IMG/VR virus record: IMGVR_UViG_3300028025_000093
Coordinates: 24,650 to 88,649 of that record
From: a virus
Taxonomy: Duplodnaviria; Heunggongvirae; Uroviricota; Caudoviricetes
Reading direction: 5' to 3' (one strand)
Length of the DNA: 64,000 nt
Positions 7,800-16,107 of this stretch are shown in pieces. The stretch's first letter is position 1. Every line of letters starts with the position of its first letter. The position numbers were made by a program, and so were the translations under genes. Below the pieces are notes generated by a model that saw only the letters and a program-made list of their open reading frames with translations, did no database searches and was not told where the DNA came from.

Positions 7800-8680
7800 T
7801 GCGTTTATTTGTTATGATGGCATCACTGATGCTAAGTACGGTAGTTGCAGCCCAAGAAACTGTGCGTATCTATAGTCCATACTCGGCAACGCATTCTGGT
7901 ACGCCAGCAATGTATCGCATCTTGGAAACTGCCAACAAATCTCAAAACATCTATAACTTTATACTTGAGTTCAAACCAGGTGGTAATCAGATAATTGCGT
8001 TAAAAGCAATGGATGAAAACTCTCTGGCCATTATTGCACCAGCATTCGTTGAGAACGTTGCTGCAGGTAAAGTTATTGAGTCAGATTACATTCCAATCCA
8101 TACTATCGGTGATGCTTGCTGGACTGTAATTACCAATGGACCAATCAATGCCAACAAAGAACTAACAGTTGGTGGTGTAGGTTTTGGTAATGCAGCACAT
8201 CTAACAGCCCTAGCACTTGGAGAGAAATACAAGTTCTCAGTTCGTTACATTGTGTTTAAGTCCAACAACGACGCACTTGTAAATATGGCTGGTAATAATG
8301 GAATCTTTATGGTGATTGATCGTTACGAAGCGTATGAGTCAATGAAAACCAAGAATCCAAATCTACAAGCATTCGCTGCATCTTGTCCAGTTAGACTACC
8401 AATGGCACCAAAGGTCAAGACGCTAAAGGAAATTGGTATTGATGCGCCATACGTATTTAATATTACAGTTGCTCACAAGTCAATGAATTCAACAAAGCGT
8501 AAAGCCATTGGCATCATTCTAAACGATGCTCAAGAAAAGGTTGGAGCAGATGAAATCTTCAAGATCTCAGGTATGAAGATACCGCAGGAAAGTGCTCAGG
8601 AATTCTATACTAAGTCTATTACAAAGGTGCAAACTTTGCAAGCCAAGTATCGTAAAGAAATAGAACAAGCCAGCAAATGA
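7799..8680 (+). CDS. Bug/TctC tripartite tricarboxylate transporter substrate-binding protein
   Basis: Signal peptide; VRIYSPYS, KPGGNQIIA, GFGNAAHL, LP.APKVKTLKEIG motifs. Confidence 0.8.
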   Translation: MRLFVMMASLMLSTVVAAQETVRIYSPYSATHSGTPAMYRILETANKSQNIYNFILEFKPGGNQIIALKAMDENSLAIIAPAFVENVAAGKVIESDYIPIHTIGDACWTVITNGPINANKELTVGGVGFGNAAHLTALALGEKYKFSVRYIVFKSNNDALVNMAGNNGIFMVIDRYEAYESMKTKNPNLQAFAASCPVRLPMAPKVKTLKEIGIDAPYVFNITVAHKSMNSTKRKAIGIILNDAQEKVGADEIFKISGMKIPQESAQEFYTKSITKVQTLQAKYRKEIEQASK

Positions 8681-8799
8681 GATGTTGTAATGATAACTGT
8701 CGTCAGGGAAGGGATTGTCCCGTGCGACTACATAACGAAAGATTCTTAAACTTATGTTTATGGATCAAATCAAAATTTAATTTTAGGAGAAAAGTATGA
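8677..8799 (+). CDS. Cys-rich micro-protein, 40 aa (MRCCNDNCRQGRDCPVR...)
   Basis: ATGA overlaps at both ends; not in ORF track. Confidence 0.6.
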   Translation: MRCCNDNCRQGRDCPVRLHNERFLNLCLWIKSKFNFRRKV

Positions 8800-8978
8800 G
8801 CATAGAAAACCCACAATTTAACGAAGGTGACAAGGTTACCATCAAAGGAATCCCAGCAACGGTAAAAACCCAAGTACTAACGTACAATGATAGTGGTGCT
8901 GCTTGGGGACAAGTTTATGCCCTAGATGCCAATGGTGGTCTAATCATCGCCAATCCAGAGGACTGCGTGGCTCAATAA
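8796..8978 (+). CDS. Hypothetical protein
   Basis: AGGAG SD; 60 aa. Confidence 0.7.
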   Translation: MSIENPQFNEGDKVTIKGIPATVKTQVLTYNDSGAAWGQVYALDANGGLIIANPEDCVAQ

Positions 8979-9004
8979 TCCTTGTATATCAATGACTTAC
9001 CCAT

Positions 9005-9029
9005 AACCCTACTCTAAGTAGGGTTTTTT
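9005..9029 (+). terminator. Stem-loop / intrinsic terminator
   Basis: AACCCTAC-TCTAA-GTAGGGTT followed by T run. Confidence 0.7.
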
Positions 9030-9039
9030 CATAAATCGC

Positions 9040-9068
9040 TTTACTTTAATTGCGAATAGTGGTATAAT
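9040..9068 (+). promoter_or_regulatory. sigma70-type early promoter
   Basis: TTTACT-N17-TATAAT, ATG 6 nt downstream. Confidence 0.8.
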
Positions 9069-9100
9069 AGTCTTATGATGAATAGAAAAGGAAATTGATA

Positions 9101-9292
9101 ATGGCTTATAATCGTGTAAAACATATTAAAGAAATGGCTGCATCTGTTGCTGAAATGAATGGCATTAGTATTGAGGACTTCGATGCCGAGGATATTGCTT
9201 ATATTGGTGATGAAACTCAATGTTGCTATGCAGACGTTGCTGAGATTCTAAATCTCCCACTACCCAAGTCACTTGGACCTGTATCTGTTTAA
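9101..9292 (+). CDS. Hypothetical acidic protein
   Basis: AAGGA SD; ORF track. Confidence 0.7.
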   Translation: MAYNRVKHIKEMAASVAEMNGISIEDFDAEDIAYIGDETQCCYADVAEILNLPLPKSLGPVSV

Positions 9293-9294
9293 TA

Positions 9295-9516
9295 ATGTTA
9301 GATCTGAATAAATTCTTGGAGTGGGTAGCCACAATCGTTACGTTGGGTGCTGCTGGGGCAACTGCCCTTTCGTACGACCCACTAAATATCTATCTCTTTA
9401 ATCTTGGTTCCATCCTGTGGTTAGTCTGGGCAGTACGAATCAAGAAACCCTCGCTAATAGTGGTCAACGTTGGATTGCTGTTGGTTTATTTTTACGGAGT
9501 ACTAGTGAGATTATAA
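9295..9516 (+). CDS. Small multi-TM membrane protein
   Basis: Three hydrophobic segments. Confidence 0.7.
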   Translation: MLDLNKFLEWVATIVTLGAAGATALSYDPLNIYLFNLGSILWLVWAVRIKKPSLIVVNVGLLLVYFYGVLVRL

Positions 9517-10022
9517 TGGAATTAGCAACACTGAAACAATACGCAAAGCACAAGGATGGTACATACGTATCCTTAAATCTATCCCAAGCATCAAAGGAAT
9601 TGCTGGATAATTTCGTTGAGATGAATCTCGGTCTTACCGAACGAGTTGATTCAAACACTTATCATATTACAGTGATTTACTCTCGTACACCTGTTCCAAC
9701 AGCTGAAAACTTGTTGCATATGAATAACCCACTGCCAGTTGAAGCTCAAGTAAGTGGTTATGAAGTATTTCCAACCAAGAACGATGGCAAGTGTTTGGTT
9801 ATGCGATTGGATTGTCCTTACGCAACTAGGTTAAATACCGAGCTAACCAAGCAAGGTGCCACATCCGACTATGATCGATACAAACCACATCTAACCATTG
9901 CGTATGACATGGCTCAAGAAGTAGATATCAACGATCTGCCACTGCCACGTTTTACCTTGGAGTTTGACAAGCTAAACGTAGATGCTCTTGATCCTCAATT
10001 TACACCCGAGAACAAAACATGA
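9516..10022 (+). CDS. acb1: 2H phosphoesterase, T4 gp57B/Acb1-like anti-CBASS nuclease
   Basis: GTYVSL, YHITVIYSR and PHLTIAYD (two HxT motifs), GATSDYDRYKPH, matching recalled T4 57B. Confidence 0.8.
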   Translation: MELATLKQYAKHKDGTYVSLNLSQASKELLDNFVEMNLGLTERVDSNTYHITVIYSRTPVPTAENLLHMNNPLPVEAQVSGYEVFPTKNDGKCLVMRLDCPYATRLNTELTKQGATSDYDRYKPHLTIAYDMAQEVDINDLPLPRFTLEFDKLNVDALDPQFTPENKT

Positions 10023-10144
10023 AAACCCTACAAGAACGAGAAACTGCAGCATTCCTGGCCATGGTTGAAGCCATGAAAGCACTGGAATTGCAACTGGCCA
10101 TTGCTCAACAACGCATCCGTGAATTGGAAGCTAATATCAAGTGA
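10019..10144 (+). CDS. Small coiled-coil protein, 41 aa
   Basis: ATGA and GTGA overlaps with neighbours; not in track. Confidence 0.6.
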   Translation: MKTLQERETAAFLAMVEAMKALELQLAIAQQRIRELEANIK

Positions 10145-10437
10145 TAACTGATCCCCTATTCGAAAGCTACGATTACGCTATCGGTGGTAAGATGGTTGTG
10201 GGACGAGCCACACTAACTGAAGACTACCGTATGATGATCGAAGATGGAGATCAAGTAGCCACGCTAAGGTTAAAGACAGAACTGATTCATCAGATGGCAA
10301 CTTACATGCTGGAGAATAATCTGGTTGAATTTACCCACTATGATAATCCCATAGACTATTCAAAATCCGTGGCAGTGCGGGCATATCTCGCTCCCAATGA
10401 TCAAGTACGAATACTAAGACTGGCAAAGTTAATATGA
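10141..10437 (+). CDS. Hypothetical protein
   Basis: ORF track; coupled. Confidence 0.7.
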   Translation: MITDPLFESYDYAIGGKMVVGRATLTEDYRMMIEDGDQVATLRLKTELIHQMATYMLENNLVEFTHYDNPIDYSKSVAVRAYLAPNDQVRILRLAKLI

Positions 10438-10634
10438 ACACCTTACACTTACATCGCGAAGATTTAACCGCAATATTGGAATTCTTTAACAAGTATCCCG
10501 ATCAAGAGTACATTACCATTACCGCTGACTCATCAAGTGGCATTGGCAGTATTATTAAAGCATCAATCAAAGCACCCATCAATGGTGACTTTGTTACTAT
10601 TACTAAAGATATTGTGGACGAATCATCATGGTAA
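10434..10634 (+). CDS. Hypothetical protein
   Basis: ORF track; coupled. Confidence 0.7.
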   Translation: MNTLHLHREDLTAILEFFNKYPDQEYITITADSSSGIGSIIKASIKAPINGDFVTITKDIVDESSW

Positions 10635-11050
10635 TGGATATCCTACGCAAGGAATGGTACAGGCTCAATGCCATCTCAACTAAAGGAATGAGCCCACGAG
10701 ATATCGGATACAACGTAGGCATGAAAGCAGGCATTCTTAAGGCAATGAATCTAATTAACGTAATGGCTGGTGCCGAACAGCAAGGCGATGACGACAAGGA
10801 ATATCAAATCTCCACACAGGAAAAGTACGAGGAATTTGTCTTAAAACGCAACTATCACTACAGCAATACCTCTAGTCCTATTGACTTTCCCAGATGTTGG
10901 TGCCATACTTGCAGACCAATAAAACTGGATGATATGCGTATGATTCTATGCCCTGACTGCGGTAATAAACGATGTCCCAGAGCCAATCACCACGATAATG
11001 AATGTACCAACTCCAACGATCCAGGACAAAAAGGCAGTGCTTACCAATGA
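10628..11050 (+). CDS. Hypothetical protein with C-terminal Zn-binding domain
   Basis: CWCHTC and CPDCGNKRCP..NHH...C. Confidence 0.7.
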   Translation: MVMDILRKEWYRLNAISTKGMSPRDIGYNVGMKAGILKAMNLINVMAGAEQQGDDDKEYQISTQEKYEEFVLKRNYHYSNTSSPIDFPRCWCHTCRPIKLDDMRMILCPDCGNKRCPRANHHDNECTNSNDPGQKGSAYQ

Positions 11051-11241
11051 AAATTACCAGACCAATGCCAGTGGCAGGAACAAGACGTACACGTAAGGTA
11101 TATGCCCTATTACCAAAGTTCTTTGTTCACGGATCCCTCAATGAACCACTAAGAACCCTAGTATGGTTTGACTACTATCTTGTTGATGAAACGTATGAGT
11201 ATGGCGAGTGGAATTACCGAGGACGCAGACTAGATGAGTAA
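11047..11241 (+). CDS. Hypothetical protein
   Basis: ATGA overlap with upstream stop. Confidence 0.6.
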   Translation: MKITRPMPVAGTRRTRKVYALLPKFFVHGSLNEPLRTLVWFDYYLVDETYEYGEWNYRGRRLDE

Positions 11242-11518
11242 GAAACTGGTTATAGCTGGAACCACACATCAAGCCAGAGATTGGATTATCCAGGATTTGG
11301 AACGTCGTGAGCGTGCAGGAGAAACTACCCTTTCCCTTTCAGAATACACTATCGTTCATAGAGCAGACCAGCTACGAGGTCTACGTAATCCCGATGGTGT
11401 GTTCATTGGCACTTGGCGAGAGCGTAGAGATCTGGTAGAGATCGTTGATGGGCTTGCAATAATTATGACCGAACCAACCAAGTACGACATTATTCGACAA
11501 CTGCAAAGAAATCTATGA
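11234..11518 (+). CDS. Hypothetical protein
   Basis: ORF track; coupled. Confidence 0.7.
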   Translation: MSKKLVIAGTTHQARDWIIQDLERRERAGETTLSLSEYTIVHRADQLRGLRNPDGVFIGTWRERRDLVEIVDGLAIIMTEPTKYDIIRQLQRNL

Positions 11519-11856
11519 AAGTAATTATCGCTGGTGGTCGCACAATAACTGACTACTCTCTGATACTCTCTGCTCTGGCGGAAAGCCAATTTATTCCAAC
11601 AGAAATCGTCTCTGGTATGGCTCCAGGAGTGGATACTCTGGCAATCCAATACGCCACAGAAAACAATCTTCCACTAAAGGAATTCTGGGCTGACTGGAAT
11701 CAATACAAACGTGCTGCAGGTCCGATAAGAAACAGACAAATGGCTGAGTATGCCGATGCCCTAATCGCAATCTGGGATGGTGAATCACGTGGAACCAAGA
11801 ATATGATTGAAGAAGCCACCAAGAGAAACTTACAAGTCTATGTTAAACGAATCTAA
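11515..11856 (+). CDS. SLOG superfamily protein (YspA/DUF2493-like)
   Basis: IIAGGR, IVSGMAPGVD, AAGPIRN.QM, WDGESRGTKNMI. Confidence 0.85.
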   Translation: MKVIIAGGRTITDYSLILSALAESQFIPTEIVSGMAPGVDTLAIQYATENNLPLKEFWADWNQYKRAAGPIRNRQMAEYADALIAIWDGESRGTKNMIEEATKRNLQVYVKRI

Positions 11857-11906
11857 AGCCGAAAAAGCTCTATCTATTATTATTCTCCAAGCGAAGCGGA
11901 GTTGAC

Positions 11907-12179
11907 TTGATACACCTTTACATTCTATCTGCAATACTTGAAATCGCTGGCTGTTACTATATGGTCAAGCAGAATTACTGGTTATCCATTCCTCTACTCA
12001 TTGCATTTGGTTATAGTTTAACGCTACAACCCTATGAGCCAGCCAAGTCATACCTAATCTATGGTGGAATCTATATACTAACCTGTCTTGGTTTAGCCAT
12101 GATTACAGGGCTGGAACTAACAACAAAAGACTGGATTGGAATCGCTCTAATACTCATTGGTGTAGGAATAATGTTATGA
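11907..12179 (+). CDS. YnfA/UPF0060 SMR-like membrane protein
   Basis: LEIAGCY, LTLQP, YGGIYI, DWIG. Confidence 0.75.
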   Translation: MIHLYILSAILEIAGCYYMVKQNYWLSIPLLIAFGYSLTLQPYEPAKSYLIYGGIYILTCLGLAMITGLELTTKDWIGIALILIGVGIML

Positions 12180-12319
12180 CTGACGAAGAAGTACTTGAAT
12201 ACTATAAGAAACTGGAAGAATACTACGGAGAAAAGCTGGTCAATCCAGAGCATTATCCCTATCAGTTCCGTAATCAGCTGAGGTTATATAGATACTATAA
12301 GAGTCAACAGCATGATTAA
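12176..12319 (+). CDS. Small hypothetical protein, 47 aa
   Basis: ATGA overlap; MTDEEVLEYYKKLEEYYGEKL... Confidence 0.6.
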   Translation: MTDEEVLEYYKKLEEYYGEKLVNPEHYPYQFRNQLRLYRYYKSQQHD

Positions 12320-12470
12320 ACTACTGCAGCATTACCTATCCTTGCAACGCATAGAGCATAGATTCAATGATCACATCTCTGGTAAGGAAGTCTGGTTATA
12401 TAGAGATAGTGCAGGAGAATATTGGTTAAAGGACAGTCGCTGGTCGTTCTTTCGTGTACCCCATAAATAG
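12312..12470 (+). CDS. Small hypothetical protein, 52 aa
   Basis: Open frame overlapping previous stop; ends TAG. Confidence 0.55.
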   Translation: MIKLLQHYLSLQRIEHRFNDHISGKEVWLYRDSAGEYWLKDSRWSFFRVPHK

Positions 12471-12530
12471 GTATCATCGCAGACGCTGAAAAACAAGGTT
12501 TGTCTTTATACGCTCATCTTTACTAACATA

Positions 12531-12827
12531 ATGCCGCAAAAACGCCAACGAAAATATCCAGAAAAGCAGTGCCCCACGTGCTCTAAGACATTCGCCAAAC
12601 AAGGCAAGTACTGTAGTAGAGCATGCGGTAACTCACGTGTATTTACCACTACTGCCAAAGCGCAGATGAGCAATAAGATACGCCAGAAGATTAATGATGA
12701 TCCTGAGTACAAGGATAAAATCACCTCGCATATACACCCTGATATACCCATTCCTCCCCAGCAGGAATCACCTCTTGGTCTTAACCAATTCATCGCTGGT
12801 GGTGACCTATGGACTGAGATAGACTAG
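12531..12827 (+). CDS. Zn-ribbon protein resembling the DNA-binding part of HNH homing endonucleases, no nuclease domain
   Basis: CPTC...YCSRAC followed by basic helix. Confidence 0.55.
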   Translation: MPQKRQRKYPEKQCPTCSKTFAKQGKYCSRACGNSRVFTTTAKAQMSNKIRQKINDDPEYKDKITSHIHPDIPIPPQQESPLGLNQFIAGGDLWTEID

Positions 12828-12969
12828 ATTTGCAAGAAAAATAAACTTGCCTTTTACTTGCCGAACAGGTAAACTAACTGTGTTAGGGTTGATCGGTAGT
12901 AATCCCTACTGATTCTGAGGGTAATTAAACCCTTTTAAATCAATGACTTACGTGCTCTCAAGAAATCGC

Positions 12970-12998
12970 TTTACGTTTATTCAATAAACCCGTATAAT
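12970..12998 (+). promoter_or_regulatory. sigma70-type early promoter, leaderless
   Basis: TTTACG-N17-TATAAT, ATG at 13005. Confidence 0.8.
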
Positions 12999-13004
12999 TC
13001 TCTT

Positions 13005-13931
13005 ATGATGAATAAAAACGTGAAAGAAAACTCTGTGAAATCCAATATCTCTTTTGACTCTGCTTCTGGTAAGTTTGTCGGTACTGTAAACGGTAAAGTT
13101 GTGGTTCGTTCTAAGTACGAATCGGCTGTCCAGATGCGTATCTCGGAGTTGTCTGGTTCTATCGCTATCGCTCAAACTGCTCTCGATACCAAGAACGAAA
13201 AGTACGGTATTAATGAGCGATTTGGTTTCGTGGAAAAGCTGGTAACTATGGTTGCCACTGGTGTTCAACCCTCTGCCGTGATCACTGGTGAAGGTGGTTT
13301 GGGCAAGACTTATACTGTTACCAAGACACTTGAAGCCAATGGTCTCAAGGATATCTCTGATCTTGCAGACTTTCAAGTTGGTTCTGTAATTAACACTCGC
13401 AAGTGCTTTACTTTCGTTAAGGGGTATAGCACTGCAAAGGGTCTGTATCGCACACTCTTTGAGAATCAGAAAAGCACCATTGTTTTTGATGACTGTGACG
13501 CTGTGTTGAAAGATCCAGTTGCACTTAACATTCTTAAGTCGGCTCTTGACTCATATGGTAAGCGTATTATTAGCTGGAATGCTGATATGCGTGATGATGA
13601 TCTCCCACGTAGCTTTAACTTTGAAGGACGGGTCATCTTTATTAGCAACATGCCTCAGGACAAGATTGATCAAGCGATTCGTTCACGTTCGATGATGATT
13701 GATCTCTCCATGAGTCTGACTCAAAAGATTGATCGTATGGAACACATCGCCTTATCTGAAGAGTTCCTGCCTGAGTATGACAAAGAGATCAAGTCCGATG
13801 CTCTTAGCTTGATTCGTGAGATTAAAGATGACTGCAAAGAAATCTCTCTACGCACACTTATCTCTGTAGCCAAGGTTCGTGCCAGCAATAAAGACTGGAA
13901 AGATCTGGCTACTTATATGTTGACTGCTTAA
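13005..13931 (+). CDS. AAA+ ATPase
   Basis: Walker A GEGGLGKT, Walker B VFDDCD, IFISN sensor, AIRSRS. Confidence 0.85.
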   Translation: MMNKNVKENSVKSNISFDSASGKFVGTVNGKVVVRSKYESAVQMRISELSGSIAIAQTALDTKNEKYGINERFGFVEKLVTMVATGVQPSAVITGEGGLGKTYTVTKTLEANGLKDISDLADFQVGSVINTRKCFTFVKGYSTAKGLYRTLFENQKSTIVFDDCDAVLKDPVALNILKSALDSYGKRIISWNADMRDDDLPRSFNFEGRVIFISNMPQDKIDQAIRSRSMMIDLSMSLTQKIDRMEHIALSEEFLPEYDKEIKSDALSLIREIKDDCKEISLRTLISVAKVRASNKDWKDLATYMLTA

Positions 13932-14045
13932 TGTTCAAGTCTGGATGGAGGGGTATCCTAGGGCAGACTATAATTAACCCTAAACAGCAGCAGTCTATTT
14001 TTGCTTGTTACAGACTATAAAGAAAAACAAGCACTAATTTAAAGG

Positions 14046-14264
14046 ATGTATATGACTATCACTGGGTTAACAAAACGACAAGTATTCCTACTAGACAAGA
14101 TGTGGAGTATTAAGGGTATAGAGGAGTATGAAGAGTGGAAGTCTGGGTTGAACGAACAGACTATGAACACAGTAGATAGCCTAGAGCAATTGGTGATGTG
14201 GGCAGAACTAGATGACATTACAGATGTATCAGATGCTGTGCGTGTACTAGGGGGTATCGTATAG
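14046..14264 (+). CDS. Hypothetical protein
   Basis: AAGGA SD; ORF track. Confidence 0.65.
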   Translation: MYMTITGLTKRQVFLLDKMWSIKGIEEYEEWKSGLNEQTMNTVDSLEQLVMWAELDDITDVSDAVRVLGGIV

Positions 14265-14498
14265 GGGGTCAGGTTTAAAACACTGACTTAAATTCACGGG
14301 TCCCCTTTCGTGGTTTATTGGGGTATGGTATTATCCCCATCATATAATATCATCCCTAAGAAAACCTTAATGACTCGTATTTCGTTTCTCGGCTAAAAAT
14401 CGCCCGTATATTTTTTTGTGAAAAAGGTTGCTAAGAATGTCTCTGTTGTTTATTGCAATTGTTATCGGTTTGTTTCTTAGATATGTTAGGATGTAATT

Positions 14499-14627
14499 AT
14501 GGCCAATGTAAAACAAGGTAATTTAACCAAGAGTCCTCAGTGGTGGCGACACCTACGAGATTGGAAGCGTATTTTCTGGAAGAGCGAGCGTAAGGCTCAG
14601 AAGCGAGAGATTAAAAATGAGTCTTGA
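14499..14627 (+). CDS. Small basic Trp-rich protein, 42 aa
   Basis: AGGA SD; MANVKQGNLTKSPQWWRHLRDWKRIFWK... Confidence 0.6.
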   Translation: MANVKQGNLTKSPQWWRHLRDWKRIFWKSERKAQKREIKNES

Positions 14628-14964
14628 TGTTTCACTGATAATTACTAAGCCTACTGAGGTTTACTCCGCTAATATTACTCACAATCTTGGCGAGATGGCT
14701 GAGGCTGTTAAGCTAAGTGATGGTAATACTCTCTACAATATCCTTTGGAGACCTGATGAGTGTATTCCTCCCTACACTAAGGCTAGTGAGATCTCTGAGT
14801 TGCTTGATGAAGGATTGAATATCTTACTCTCAGATCCTGACAAGTACAAGCAATATAATCCCGAGAATGGCTGGGGTTCTTATGATGGTTTGGTTAGTTT
14901 TGTTTATCGTTATCGTAACGCTACTTGGGATAATCCTGATAGTACGTTGCAAATTTCACGCTAG
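14617..14964 (+). CDS. Conserved phage hypothetical protein
   Basis: MSLDV, NITHNL, LWRP, YNPENGWGSY. Confidence 0.75.
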   Translation: MSLDVSLIITKPTEVYSANITHNLGEMAEAVKLSDGNTLYNILWRPDECIPPYTKASEISELLDEGLNILLSDPDKYKQYNPENGWGSYDGLVSFVYRYRNATWDNPDSTLQISR

Positions 14965-14972
14965 GAGTTGTT

Positions 14973-15239
14973 ATGATAGAATCTCCCTTTCACGCCACTG
15001 GTGGTTTACGCATACCCTATGAGGTAGCTGATGGTATTACTGTAACAGTATTGCAAGATCAGTTGGCTTATCTGTTACGAGAACAACGTTGGTTTGAAAC
15101 TCCAGCAGCAGATCGCTTCGCTCTGGAGGAAGAGTATGGATATAAGATGTGGGTGCATCCTGAGGATTATGCCAAGAATCGGGATGAACTAATTCCCGCT
15201 CTTAGGTTGATTATAGAATATTTTGGAGGTGTGGTATGA
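14973..15239 (+). CDS. Hypothetical protein
   Basis: AGGAG SD. Confidence 0.7.
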   Translation: MIESPFHATGGLRIPYEVADGITVTVLQDQLAYLLREQRWFETPAADRFALEEEYGYKMWVHPEDYAKNRDELIPALRLIIEYFGGVV

Positions 15240-15325
15240 TTATTGCTCTTTATCTGTTGGGATTGTTTTTGCTTGCTGCACTTGTTGGAGTACTTCTCAA
15301 TAAGTTGGTGCGTTCTTTGTTTTGA
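15236..15325 (+). CDS. Single-TM micro-protein, 29 aa
   Basis: ATGA overlap; wholly hydrophobic core. Confidence 0.5.
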   Translation: MIIALYLLGLFLLAALVGVLLNKLVRSLF

Positions 15326-15350
15326 CTTTAATGAGTAGTTGGAGTATAAT
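15322..15350 (+). promoter_or_regulatory. sigma70-type early promoter, leaderless
   Basis: TTGACT-N17-TATAAT, ATG at 15357. Confidence 0.8.
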
Positions 15351-15356
15351 TAGGGT

Positions 15357-15446
15357 ATGGACAATAGAATTCTTTATTGGATTATGCGTGGGATTGAGAT
15401 GATAACTTGCATACATATTATTGCAGGAATTTGGAGACACTGGTGA
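15357..15446 (+). CDS. Leaderless micro-ORF, 29 aa (MDNRILYWIMRGIEMITCIHIIAGIWRHW)
   Basis: ATG 6 nt after -10; TGA overlaps GTG of next gene. Confidence 0.55.
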   Translation: MDNRILYWIMRGIEMITCIHIIAGIWRHW

Positions 15447-15691
15447 GTACACTTAAAGAACAATTTGAGAAACGAGATGCGCACAAGCCTGCACCAAAGT
15501 GGGTATACGGAGATCGTGTAAGTGGTCGGATAGGTAAGATTCCTGTTGTGGGTCAGGTTATCCGTGAAAACTACGTTGAACCAGAAATGGTTCTGTGTCA
15601 TCTGGATCTACCAATAAAGATAGAAGAAGAGTATCGTTATGTTGTATACGTCCCTGCCAAGGGTATGAAGCGATTGAAGGAAATTGTATGA
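15443..15691 (+). CDS. Hypothetical protein
   Basis: GTG start in GTGA overlap. Confidence 0.65.
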   Translation: MSTLKEQFEKRDAHKPAPKWVYGDRVSGRIGKIPVVGQVIRENYVEPEMVLCHLDLPIKIEEEYRYVVYVPAKGMKRLKEIV

Positions 15692-16107
15692 CCGATGAAG
15701 AACGTGCGATTCGTCGTGATCTTTGGAAAGCCCAGTACGATGCTGATGTAGCTTCTACTAAATTACAAGTGTGCAAACTTCTTGAGGAAGATTTGTTAGA
15801 TGACGATGGTTACCCAACAGATGCTGCACTAAAGATTGTTGAGATTTGGCACTGGAGCGATCCCAAGGGTTGGTTTGAGTTCATTAACTCAATCTGGCAT
15901 CTACGTTCTTGGGGATGGTCTGAGGGTGAAGAACAGCACGACTGGGACAAGGATGAGCAAGTTTATCGTTATAACATCTCCACTGCTGGTTGGAGTGGTA
16001 ACGAAAGTATTATCAGTGCCATGCAAAGTAATGATGTGATGTGGCACACTACTTGGGTTCAATCTCGTAGAGGTGGACACTATATTTTTGAAGGTAAGGA
16101 ATTCTAA
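15688..16107 (+). CDS. Conserved phage hypothetical protein
   Basis: DDDGYPT, STAGWSGNE.II.AM, RRGGHYIF. Confidence 0.7.
   Translation: MTDEERAIRRDLWKAQYDADVASTKLQVCKLLEEDLLDDDGYPTDAALKIVEIWHWSDPKGWFEFINSIWHLRSWGWSEGEEQHDWDKDEQVYRYNISTAGWSGNESIISAMQSNDVMWHTTWVQSRRGGHYIFEGKEF

Noticed and set aside
12531-12827. Active homing endonuclease
   Set aside because: Only a Zn-ribbon and basic helix; no HNH, GIY-YIG or LAGLIDADG motif.
13964-14020. CRISPR-like repeat (CAGACTATAA twice)
   Set aside because: Only two 10-nt copies, no regular repeat-spacer array, no cas genes.
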